Shown piece by piece: positions 12,060-45,149 of a stretch of 64,000 bases of DNA (its first letter is position 1; the number at the start of each line of letters is the position of its first letter). Source of the stretch: Rhynchobatus australiae (taxonomy: Eukaryota). The DNA is taken from contig JAUZTB010000098.1 of NCBI GenBank assembly GCA_034780895.1, positions 104,136,944 through 104,200,943 on the forward strand, written 5' to 3'. The position numbers and the translations under genes were made by a program. The notes beneath the pieces were generated by a model that was given only the letters and a program-made list of their open reading frames with translations, did no database searches and had not been told where the DNA came from.

Positions 12060-13100
12060 AGAATACACATTTAGCCCTTCAAGTCTGCTCTGCCATTCAA
12101 AAGTAGAGAACAGAGCAAATTGTGAGGAACCAAAGAAAGGACTGAAAATTTCAAAGGCATTCAATAAGGTGCCACACAACAAGTTATTTTGCAAAGTAAG
12201 AGCTTAAGACATTTGAGATTTTAACATAGATTGAAGATTGTCTAACATGAAAGCAGTTTACTGGGAGTCATTTTCAGGTTGGTAAACCTGCAACCAGTGG
12301 TATCAGTGAATGCCTTGAAATTTACAATATATAATCACCTAGAGGAAGAAGTCCTGCAGCCAAATTTGCAGATTATATAAATTGGGTGTGAGGAAAAGAC
12401 ATGCAGTTAAAATATAAGCTCTTTACATAGATATTGAGAGTAGTATGGCTGTATATGGAGGAATTGTCTTGGACAAGTCCAGTCTATACTTACTAAAGGA
12501 GTGGTGATCTTATTAAAACATTCCAAGATTTTCCAGGGGGTTGACAAGAGCATATACAGAAAGGTGGTCTCTCCTGATGGGAGGGTTTTGGATCAGATGG
12601 CATAGTCTCAGAATAAGGGGTATCCATTTATGACGAGATTAAGATGAAGTTCTTCAAAATTCCTTACCCCAGAAATACTCCACGAGATTGAATCCTTGAA
12701 TATATTCAAAGCTGAGAATGATTTTCCAATCAGCAATCGATTGTCATGGGGTAATAGTGGGGAAGAATAGTTGGATCAGACATGATCTTACTGAACTGTG
12801 AAGCTGGCCCAAGGGACCAAATTGCATTATATTAAGATTATAGCAGATCTTTACCTCAGCAGCACCTTCCTGCCCCAACTTCATAAACCCCAGCATCTTT
12901 AAAAAAGCCCTTCCTTGTCTGGCATATTACAAGTCGTTTTGGGAATTCAATCGATCACCAACTGGCTGAAAGAAAATTCTTCTCAGCTGACCTAAACAGC
13001 CAACCCCTTACTTTGAAACTGTGATCCCCATCTCTTGACTCCTTAGCCAAGGGAAGCATCAAGTCCTCATCTCTCCTGTCAAACCCCTCAAAAATTATGT
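12060..13100. mobile_element. CR1 remnants (about 12140-12830 plus, about 12850-13100 minus)
   Basis: aaggcattcaataaggtgccacac (KAFxKVPH), caaatttgcagattat (KFADD-like), and a CR1 tail. Confidence 0.7.
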
Positions 13101-16100
13101 ACAATCCCCCAATTGCTGAAGCAGGTCAAATCAAACTTCCACTCCATGTTTGAACTGACCCAAAGATGAACTTTAAAAACTTAATTTATCGATAAAGGAA
13201 GCAGTTACACAGTTAAAACTGACTCAGTAATCTGCTTTAAAAAATCTTCAAATCTGATATCACTTTCAGCTGGTCTTCCATACTTTACCCATAACTCTGC
13301 TGTTCAGAGTATACATAGTGCTTTATTCACTGACCACTTCACATATTGGCCCAGTCTCCCAAACAGTACATTCTCGTTGTGTTTAAGATTCCTTTCTAGT
13401 ACTGGCCCACTTATATTTGTATTCCCAAATCCTTCCCTGCCAAAGAGGGGAAAATTCTTCCTTCACTTTTGCTTCAGTACAACTAGCCATGTTTTCAGCT
13501 ATTGAAGCTCAGCATCTGGAAGCAATCTGAAATACAAATTTGGAAACTTAACACTGATGATATTTCAGTTCTCAGTAACAGGAGAGCCACTTCACGAGCT
13601 TTCACTTGCTGTGAATATGGCATCTGCTAAGACATTAAGGCACTCAAATGTTTTGTTTCGATATTAGGCAGTAATCTGACACTTCAGATTTACTTCAAAG
13701 TCCTTCCATTCTTTTTCACTACAAGACCACCACATTCACAAATGTTAAATGGTTCCATGTAATATCAATAGAGTACTTACTTTACCATTTGCAAATTAAA
13801 GATACTCCATAATTACTTGTACAATCAAATATAAAACTAGCTCTATCTCATTATTCACATTGTGATGAGTGACATTTTTACAAACTGCACCTGACTTGAA
13901 CAGCGTATATTAAATGCTTTATGGTTGCAATTACTGCTGATACACCACCTTTGGAGAAATTTTGAAGTTAATGGCAATAAATATCTGCATTAAAATCATA
14001 ATTCTGACAAATCAAAGAAATCTCAATCTTGGCATTTTATTTTTTCTTGTCTTCAGTTAACATGGGAAGCATCAAGGATTCTGGTTGTATGCTTTTAGTT
14101 ACTGTTTTTCTGGGGTCAAATTGTCTCAGCTGGGGCTAGTGATTCCAAAAGGGACCTGCTGGCATTCAAACCTCCAACAGAAGTTCCAGACTGGTGTTGC
14201 ATGTGCTACAATTCCAGGATTTACTGAATGGTAGATGCATCAGACTTGCTACTACACCGTCACTGGAATTCACATACAACCCAATGACAGGGTCTCAATC
14301 TTGCTTGGATTCCTCAGCATAACCCAGGATTATTATCTGTGAGATCTTAGGCTCAGTCAGACCCAGGTAAAGAATCTGAAACCAGACTTCCATTTAGATT
14401 GTGGGACAGAGTTAGAATACAGAAGGGAATTTTTTTTTGAAAAAAGGAAAACTTAACACTGAAAGTTCAATTACTTGAAAATAAATGAAATACAAGTTTT
14501 TGTAAACATTCTACATCATGATTTTCCTTACTGTGAAGTCGTGCCATCTGTGTGTCAAGAAATGCAAGTTGAAAAGTTCCATTTACTTATTACCCTCACA
14601 CTCTGAATTTTATTCTGTGTGTGAAATTTTTGGGTAGTGATTTGTGAATTCTGCAAGGGTGAATTTCCATTACCCAAAGAGTCATAACATGGGGAGCTGT
14701 CTGTATTTACAAGTTTACAATGTCACTGACTGTGACATTTAAAAATTAGTTTTGCTTTTTGTCAAAGCTCTGCTCAGAACACTGCTTTTTGTAAAGACTT
14801 CTGGACATTGCCACCGGAGGATGCAGATACATGTAAATTAGACCTTTTGAATTCAGCTCAAGCAAGCATGGAGACCATGAGTAAATAGCATGCCATGTCT
14901 AGCAAGATCTAGTCCAAGTACTTTTTTCCCTACAATTCCTTATTCCCTCAAATCTATACTCTGCAAAGATTTAGACTTTATGATCATATATTTAATATAC
15001 TTTATTCAGGCCGGCCTTGTTCAATACAAGTTTGGATTGCTTCCACTAAAAGCAAATTGTGCCTGGTGAAAAATAGGATACTTAGATATTTTATTGGGAT
15101 ATGCTTATAAATACACTCTTTAAACAAAAATAGCAAAAGAATTCATCCTAATTCAACTGTAATTTCTACATCCTACAATGTTTACCATTTCTGAATAAGA
15201 TTAGTCTACAAGTCTAAATGCTGTGGTGCACTGTTAAATCTATTGACTTAGGCTGAAAAAATAATAGTTAATTGGAAGCACAAGTACACTGCAGGTTAGA
15301 GTAAGTAGTGCGCCCAACAGAATGGCTACAATATTGAGGTTGCGAATTCCATCATTGTATCTANNNNNNNNNNNNNNNNNNNNNNNNNNNNNNNNNNNNN
15401 NNNNNNNNNNNNNNNNNNNNNNNNNNNNNNNNNNNNNNNNNNNNNNNNNNNNNNNNNNNNNNNGTTGCGAATTCCATCATTGTATCTAGTTGTGAAATGC
15501 AAACCCATGATAGCAGCACCATAAATGGCATTGCTTAAAGAAAAATTCTCTACACTGCAGGCATGAAAGGCAATCTTTTGTTCACAAGGTTCACTGCCCT
15601 CCTATTCTCCCTTAAATTCCCAAATTCCTGCCTATAATTATTGTCACCACCTTAACTTTTCAATATCACACGATCTTATTCTTCACATGGTATCAATCTT
15701 AATTTCTTTGCTAATCACTTCATTTTACTATCCCAAACCTCCTACATCCACCAATAAAAAAAGCCACACTCTTCCAAATCACTTACAGAAATAGGAATAG
15801 GCAAGTTGTAAATAATAATCTGATGCCAACCTATTGCAGTTTGTCTCTCTCAACCAGAATGGTCGCAATTCAATATCAGAAACTTAGCATTAGCTATTCA
15901 GCCCAGGTCCACATGAACCAAAAAAGGCTTGATTAATTCCTTGCTCTTACATCATACTCATGCAGGTTATGACTTAAGTGCTTAAACCTGGTACCTCTTA
16001 AATATCACTGTTTTTCTATTTCCACCACTTATTTTTAAGGCCCTCCTTGACCTCAACTTCAGTGTAAATTTTCTTGGACTCTTTTCCCCCTACCGCACCC

Positions 16101-17049
16101 CCCCCCCCCAAATGCTTCTACCAATTAGCTTAAATGTATGCACCCTNNNNNNNNNNNNNNNNNNNNNNNNNNNNNNNNAGCATCTCAATTCTATACACTC
16201 CAATTTAATCTTTTAGTCTCTTTCATTCCAAAAGAAACACTTCATTTACCCACCTTCTTCTTGAAACTATACCTGTAGTTCTCCAGTCTTGTAAATATCC
16301 TCAAAAATCTCCACTGTATTCAAGTCCAAAAACAAAATCTGTTAACTCAAATGGAGGTCAGGGAAAGCCTCATCATTTCTTTCTATGTGATCAAAACTTC
16401 ACTCAGTACACAGGACTTCAGCTGTGGCATCACTACACTGGTGTTCCATGCTTTGACCAATAATTATCACCTAACTACTCTTTACCCTCCTCTGGAACAC
16501 AGCAGTTTTCCTCTGGAACACAGCAGTCAATAGTTTTGTACTATATTGTTGACTTCGAACTTTATATTCAACCTGAGTAAGCAGTTCTACTTTGTTATCA
16601 TATAGCAGCCAGGTACAATGTTTACCTAGCTCTCACAGCTCCATTCTTTATACTTTCAATGGTAGAACAAATGCCTTAAGGTGGTTCCAATTTTTGTTAA
16701 TGCATGATTGCCCAGTCCCACCATTAACAAAAACTTCACTATTCATCCATAATAGATGTGACTAGATCTCATCGGTAATGGAAGCACATCAGTTGCTTGG
16801 CTCTAATTCACCAGTCATTAACTTGTCCACATACTCTTAAATGTCACCTAGAACTTGCTTCCAAGCTATTTACCAGCTGTAGAGACGAAGTACAGAAATA
16901 CACAAGAATGAGAATACAAACGAAGATAGAGGATAACGGTTCAGTCCTCCAATTTCTTGAGGAAATGAGAATATAGGTCAAATAAACTTCCATCTACATC
17001 TGACTTTTTTGTTTGAATAATGGCCAAGAGGGTCTTTCAACCTATGAAG

Positions 17050-17945
17050 TACTGATCCACTGGATCAGACGAAGTAGAATGGGAATAAACAGCTCTCAGA
17101 TTATGTGGCAGTGGAGGAATTGCACTCATGCTTGAGCACCAGTTATTCTTAATCTACCAACAATTTAGCAGAGATCAAATGCATCTCCAAGTTTACTGAT
17201 GATACAATACTAGACAGGATTAAGAATAGGGAGAAGAATGTAAATAGCCTTCAAGGGGAATACAGGCAAGCTGAGTGAGTGGGCAAGAACCAGCATAACC
17301 TAGTTTAAAAAACCATCCCCTCTGGAGCACATAACAGAAATACTACCTCTTAAAAAAAAGGTTAATATTGATGTTCAAAAGGTAATGTTCTTGCACATTC
17401 ACTTAAAGCCAACATGCAGCTGCAGCAAGCAATGAGGTAAGCTAACAGTATGCTGGCTTTTTATCACAACAGTACAGTATTTGAAAACAGAATTGGAGAC
17501 ATCTTACAGCAACTATCACTTATCACCTTGCTTTGAATTTTAAAAAAAAATCACTAGACTGGTTTCAAGGATGGCAGCTCTACTGTATGAAAAATTGAGC
17601 AGATTAAACATGTAGTCTCTTTAGTTTAAAGAGAAGATCTTATGGGGTTTGGCAGACTGGATTCAGGGAGGATAATTCCACCGCCTGATCAATCTAGAAA
17701 CAGAAGCCAGTCTCAGAATAAAGGATTGAATGGAGATGCATAAATATCTTCACATAATGAGTGATGAATCTCTGGAATTCTCTACACCAGAAGGCAGTGA
17801 ACAAGTTCATTTAAGAGCATAGGTCAATAGATCACTGGAAATTAAAGAAATCAGCAGAAATGGGAACAGTGAAGGAAAGTGGCATTTAGATTAGCTGTGA
17901 TCTTGTTAAATGGCATCCTGCTGTTCTTAATCCTTACATTCTTAA
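17050..17945 (+). mobile_element. CR1 LINE 3' remnant
   Basis: tccaagtttactgatgatacaa (SKFxDDT) and tggaattctctacaccagaaggc motifs. Confidence 0.75.
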
Positions 17946-19639
17946 GCATGTTGGAGACAAAACCTACAATGGAACAATAAAGTCAGTATAACAGTTGGCT
18001 ACTATTCCTATAGAAGAATTCAGGGTTTCAGTCCTGGGGAATTCCTAAAGTGAACAAGAAAAAAGTCTGTCTGCAATCAAAGGACATCACAGTCTCACTG
18101 AAGCTGAAGAGGGAAGAGATAAGTTAGGTTGATGTGCTTGACAATGTCAAAGGCCACTGAACAAACAGAGGGCAATGAATCACCAGTATAAAAGATTAAA
18201 ATAATGCAGAAAATCCATTTGACCAGATTCAAACATGGACTTCCAGGAACAGCAGGATTTTCTGGCATAGGCTGTGGGATGCTTCCAATTCTGATGTTAA
18301 CCCCAAAGCAGCAGGGTTGAGGAGATCCTATCAGGATGATGCCCCAACAAATAAATATCTTAAATAATTAATGAAGTGGTCTACTCCCTCAATCTGCTCC
18401 CAAATGTTGTCTCCACTGCTGCCTGGGACCAAATCATTACTATTCACTAAACCATGCTTCACCCAATAATCTGCTTAATGTATAGGCCACACACAACTGT
18501 TAAAAGCAAGCTTACATTTCCTTACAATGCAGAATTTTAGATTTTGCAATCCATTGAATTATACATCAAATTAGACTCTCAGGTAATAGGGCATTCTGCA
18601 CATTGCTGAACGAAGTAAAGAGAACCTCTTGATCTTAGTATTAAATCTGCCCTTTGAAGTTACTCCCCCTTCATTGTGCTCTCATGCCCCAAGGAATAAC
18701 ATTTAGTTTCATAAAATACAATTTCTTAATACAGTGGGGAGCCAGTAATTTATAGGTACTCATCTAGGGGAAAAAGTGCATTGTGGCCATAAGTGTAGGC
18801 CATCCTATTCAGAACTTTCACAGAACCTGACATCACAGATGTTTAAATTTTCAGTATTCAGTTTAGCCCAAATTTAGAAGTAATAGTTCAGATATTAATT
18901 GCACAACAGATTTTAAGGACCAACAGTACCCCAACCTTTGTTTCAGCTNNNNNNNNNNNNNNNNNNNNNNNCCCTAGGCCAACTTAAACATACTTTATTC
19001 ATGCATTCATAAATAGTGGTTGTAACCTAGATTTAACTTGAATTACTCTTAATAGTGAAGTAATTTCACTCACTTTTCTGTATTTATGCATCTGCTTGAT
19101 TGTACTGAATTAAGTTCTGAGTACCATTTCATGGTTTCATAGTGAAAGAATGCCAATTACCATACACCTAGAATTGACAGGTAATACTTAAAATTAATTA
19201 GACATTCCAAGCCAACTTATAAACCTGGAAACAAGAACCAGAATCTTATGGAAATTTGTAACATTGTTCATAAATCTTCCTATTTTGCATTCTGGTAAGT
19301 AACTGCAGTAATGTTTCCCCAAGCTCCAGCTAAGAAGGCAAGTTTCATTTGTCAGATTTTTCGAAAACAAGTGCAAACTAACACAGATGCACACTTGCAG
19401 GCAAGCACATCTACTTTTAAAAACTCAAACAAGGATCCTGGAAAAATAGCACTAGCAAGTTTCGAAGCTGTCTCACTTTCCAAAGAAAGTTTCTAGGGTC
19501 AATGAAACCCATCCAACTGAATGCCTCATGGTTCATGTGCTTAATTTCTCAAATGGATTTCCTTCCCTCAACCATCAAGGTTCTTTGTTCATTATTCCTG
19601 CAGCACAAATTCATACAGCAGGTTTTAAAAGTACCATTT

Positions 19640-22600
19640 TCAAGCAAGTCGTGATGACAAATTTATTGATGTAATATGGTGCCTTTTTTTGACGCTGCAC
19701 AAGAACAAAGCCAAATTGTTAAGTGTCATGGAAAACTCAAGTCAATTATGCAAGTACACACACCAAGTACAAACAAAATCCACAGCAGGTGGCTTGTCAT
19801 ACGAATCTGAGAACATGCACAATGTGGTCCAAATTAACCAATCTTTTAAGCACTTCAATAATGATTTTCAACATTTATCCTGAAGATGAATGTAATCATG
19901 AAAACTAACTTCAGTTGATCTGTTTCCACACTTCAGCAGAACTGCAGGTTATAGTTCTATTGCTACAAGGAAGATTTATTTCTCAGCAACATCCAATTAA
20001 CTCATAAATAATTCCAAAGTCTATGTTTTCATTACTCTATCCACAAGACCATTCATTATTTTGATCACCCAATGTACGAAGGACTTTCTGATCAATGTTT
20101 TAAATTTACCCTTTGAGGCTGTGTCCCCTTGGCTATACTTTTGAAGGTCAAGGAAATTTTCCACAATTGTGCCATGCAATTTAGTTAGTATCTGTCACTC
20201 CTATCCATACACAAACTGCAAATAGATTCTACATAATACTGCAATACCAATAGAGAAACTAAAATAGTAGCAGTTCAATTGCCACACCTTTAAAAAAAAT
20301 CACTAAATTGGAGCTTTTTGGTCAAAACCACCTTTAAGACCTGTCATGAATGCAAAGCTATTAATTCACAGAACTCAGCATCCTCAAAAATTTCCACGAT
20401 CCATAGAATTCTGTTTCACTTCCTGCAAAGAAAGAAAAACAATGCAAGTAAGTTCCATATTCACAGAAATGAAGAGGATAAACAATTCTCAGAACATTAA
20501 TACAATAAAAGAAGTCTTCAAATGATCATTGTTCAGGTGCAAGATTTAGCTGGCAACCACTCACAACATCTGACCAAAACCTATTGCAACCAGACTTGAT
20601 ATTTTCCCAAACCAATATATCCAAGTAACACATTCCAAACAAGGATAAATGGTNNNAACAATAAAAGAGAGAACTTCAGTTTAGGAATGCTGAAACAAGC
20701 TCTTGAAACATTACTGAAACACAAAAGCTAATAAGACATTATAATAAGACCACCATGGCCCAAAATGTCTTGTCAAATTTTCAAGTCCAGAGGTATTTCT
20801 ATTCAGATTATATTTTAATCTCCTAACATTCAATTCCTCAAACTTTCCTAAAACAGTATTAATCACATTTCAGCCCAATAGGAAGCACTGTTTTGATTAC
20901 TAGACAAGAGAATAAGAAATGTAGAACGTAAACAGTTTGACAAATCCTATCCATTCCCATTAGCCCTTAACACATTTTACAGCTGGATACCACCAAATAA
21001 ATCCAAATGTTCCTGAAAAGATTTAATGTCGCAAATGAACCAAGTATCTCAATATATTTGAGTTCCATGTGGGTTCATGGCACAGCAAAGCCTGTATTAC
21101 AGAACATTTCCAGTCAACGGGTCAGTTTCCAAACTATTCATTTAGATATACTTATTTGCATGTTATAGATTTAAATCTAAATTTAACAAAACAAAATTAT
21201 TAAATGCAGATTACATCAAATATTAGTGGGTTCAGACAGATTCTTGGACAAATTATTTCTGAAAATTAACTTCATGTTAAGGCTCAGGTACTTTTAATCA
21301 ATGGAATGAAATCAGTTTCTTGAACCAACCTACACAACTTTAATCCTACCTCAGCAATGCAACACTACAGATCACCTCTTGCATTACCATGGACTTGTCT
21401 CCGATTGTCTTTTTTTTACACTGTCTTGTTTTAGCAGATTTTCCACTCACTCTTTACTGTCCTGTTGAATTTTTATTCTGTGTGTTGTCTATATCTACAT
21501 GCCTGTGATGCTGTTGAAACCAAGTTTTTCCATTGTACATGTACCTCACTGTATTTGTGCACATGACAAACTTGACTTGTTCTGTATAAGACAATGAACT
21601 GAAAGGTGAACATTTGTTTCAAATTACCAATGTTTAAAAAGGCAAAGAATGTTTAAACTAGAGCTCTACTATACATTTTATAAGCTCAATATGAATTATT
21701 GATGCAAGACTATTACAGCCTCCATCAATACTTGCTTCATAATTAACAAGCATTAAATCAATGCTTTCAATTCTGAGGGGCAAACATTTAGTCTAATTTA
21801 AACATTCCAAATTTTAAGGTTCATTCAAATTAACACATACTGTTCAGAGTTCTGTACACTTACCTACTTCAGTAGAGAACAAAACTCATCATGTGGCTTA
21901 CAGCCAAGATCACTGCCCTCACCACTGTGATTTCAGTTTCAGTGCAGCTCAGACCAGTTGATAGAGGTCAGATGCTGGCTGAGGATGGTTCTGATCACAT
22001 GTGGAATGAAGACTGGCAGCTCTCACTTTAAGATCCAGTGGACAATCAACACCCACCTTCAGAAACTAAAACCTTAAATGGCATAGAAAAGTTTATTAGT
22101 TAGGCACAGAGACAATGAAATTTTATTTTTGTTTTGGGGCATTTAATGGCACAAGGAATTTGGTGTAAAGAAATTCCCACAGTGTGATACAATAGAACAA
22201 ATTCAATATACCAAAACAATTATCTGCTCGATTTCTATGAGCTAAGTTTTGACCACCTCTTCACTTCTGTAAAATAAAAGACAATTAAATAATATCTTAC
22301 CTACATGGTGAAGTTTAACTGATGCTTAGCTCTATTCTGCTCTATAAGACACATCTGTTTTCGTTGGCCTCCTCTTTAAATTTACTGCAGTTAAAGCTTT
22401 TGATCCATGAATACCGCTCACTGTTACAAGAGTGCTGGCTGAAATTAGGCTTCTTTGTCCAGACTTCTTGTGCTAGACCTGTTTTCTTGGAAGTGTAAAC
22501 CACTTGCTGTTTTAACGTCGGATCATGCCTTTCCTGGCCGATGAAGTAGCTGCTGTATCTATACGTTCTAAGGATCTCTCCTTCTTGCAGAAACCAGTTC

Positions 22601-22724
22601 TAGCAGTTTTTAAAAAGTCTGAGGACTTGACGATTCATCTCTGCACTTTTTGCCTGATTAGCAGTCCTTGCATTTCCCCTGGCTGTGTCAAAAGCTGGAA
22701 TTTACCCACCCACGAAATATCTAC
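19640..22724 (-). other. HNRNPA2B1: Extended, alternatively spliced HNRNPA2B1 3' UTR (candidate exons 22301-22724, 21864-22072 or 22266, terminal exon from 20422)
   Basis: Consensus-like donors TAG|gtaaga (22300) and TAG|gtaagt (21863); acceptors at 22725, 22267, 22073 and 20423; AATAAA at 22122, 22092, 19975 and 19662. Confidence 0.6.
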
Positions 22725-22749
22725 CTAAGAAAACAATTACACACCCCCT

Positions 22750-23243
22750 TTTCTTTTTTTTTTGGGATTTTATTAAAGTTACTGTGGACATACAACATTT
22801 TCCAAACTCTACACACTGCAGATATTTAACATAGAAAGGCTGAATATTATAAACTCCATGATCCTGGTTCATAGCTCTCAAAATTCTCAGTGCATCTAAG
22901 AATATTTAAATGTCAAAAATCCCCTCAAACTCATAACAATTCCACATTGGAACTTGTGTAGAACACTACAAAGATACTACAGCAAAGAAAATTAAAAAAG
23001 CTAGAAATCTGTCTCCAAGGCATCTTTACAGTCCTTTCTCCACATCAAGAGTCCGCTCAATTAAACAATCCCAAGCATTGACAAAATGGTTTTCTCTGCC
23101 TGTGCTCTGGAGTCTTCCGTCATCTCACTGCCTTTTTATGTTCCGCTGAGATAAATTTTTTCCTTAAAATTTTGCTGAGAGAATAACCTGCAGCTGTCCT
23201 GTAAACTCTGGGCTCTCATCCTCCCCTATTTATATAGTGATGC
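22750..23243 (-). other. HNRNPA2B1: HNRNPA2B1 main 3' UTR exon with proximal poly(A) signal AATAAA at 22769-22774
   Basis: Acceptor ttgtaacag| at 23244. Blocks such as ATAAATAGGGGAGGATGAGAGCCCAGAG, CCATTTTGT and CCAGGATCATGG resemble the mammalian HNRNPA2B1 3' UTR as I recall it. Confidence 0.85.
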
Positions 23244-23622
23244 CTGTTACAATAAAATAAAGGTAAACAGTAAGCAGCAGTTAATCACAAAAATCCATAT
23301 GTTACTATCTATTTAACATTGAAATGGTACATAGCCCTCAAAGAGTGGTATGCCAAATGTTATGTTTCCAGAAAAGTTAGTTAAAATAACTTGTAACTAC
23401 ATTACTCCTCCCCAGACAACTTGCTACAATTATGAATAGTCGTGCATATCTAATTGGAGCAAAGACACGAACAGCATCTTTTAAAATTACTTGAAACCTT
23501 TCAGGTTTAACAATTCAGTGTTAGAAGTAACTTTAAATGTTTGTTACTGGTATTATTAACAATAAAATGTTCAACAATAGGAATGGATCACACACTTACC
23601 CTTGGAATGGGTTGTTATTGAA

Positions 23623-44324
<20,702 letters not shown>

Positions 44325-45059
44325 CCTTCCCGAAAAAATGTTCTCAAAATAGCTGCGCTTGAACTCAAGCGGTGCGTCTTTGAGCGGAAAGTTCAGTGAG
44401 GCTGAGGAAACTCGACGACCGGGCCAAACCTCAACCTCCGCTCGATCCCTTTTTCTAGAACCTTCTCTCAGCCACAAAATGGGCGCCCTCCGCTCACGTG
44501 ACCCGCGCTCGCCAACGGAAAACAAACGGTCGGAAAGTCGTCCGAAATACCAAAGTCCGCCGAAACGTAATCCTGTGCTCTGAAATTCTGAAATTAAACA
44601 CGCGGTTTTGAAATATCTGTAGACCTGGCGTATATATTTGTCGAACGTTGTCCACTGAGCCACGGTGGCCTTTGACGGAAAATACCGAAGCGCCATCGGA
44701 ATGACGCAATTTAAAATAACGTTTCACTCTCACGTATAAAATGTTCTGTGTCAAGCTACTTATTTCTACCATCGCTAAGGAGTTTTAAAATAATCAAATT
44801 ATGTTAAAAAAAAATCGCCAACGAATTCCCCAAAATTTATTCTACGTCACGTGACAATCACGAAGTCCGGAGCAAACGAGCGCTTTATCTGTTCGCTCTT
44901 TATTTCTGGTCAAAGAAGCTGAAATCGCTTCTTTAACTGGCGGCAGAGCGGTAGTTCATCGTTAATGAAGAATTAAATTTTAAAAACGGCGGAGAGGGAG
45001 CGGGACGTGAGGCCGCGCCTGCGCACTACGCCGACGCCTGGTTTTGGCGGGACAGTAAG

Positions 45060-45149
45060 TGAGTGGCGGAGACGAGCGGCGGAGAGGAGATAGGAGGAGA
45101 GGTGGAGTGGAGCAGAGCGGAGCGGAGAGGAGAGGAGAGGAGAGGGCAG
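45060..45149 (+). other. CBX3: Candidate non-coding exon 1 of CBX3, containing (GGAGA)n repeats
   Basis: Lies just downstream of the NRF1/E2F motifs and ends at CAG|gtaggg. An alternative donor ACA|gtaagt is at 45055. The transcription start is not determinable from sequence. Confidence 0.45.

Noticed and set aside
16488-16528. Short tandem duplication cctctggaacacagcagt (similar ones at 55123-55180 and 60762-60800)
   Set aside because: Ordinary slippage duplications within decayed repeats; not a CRISPR-like array.
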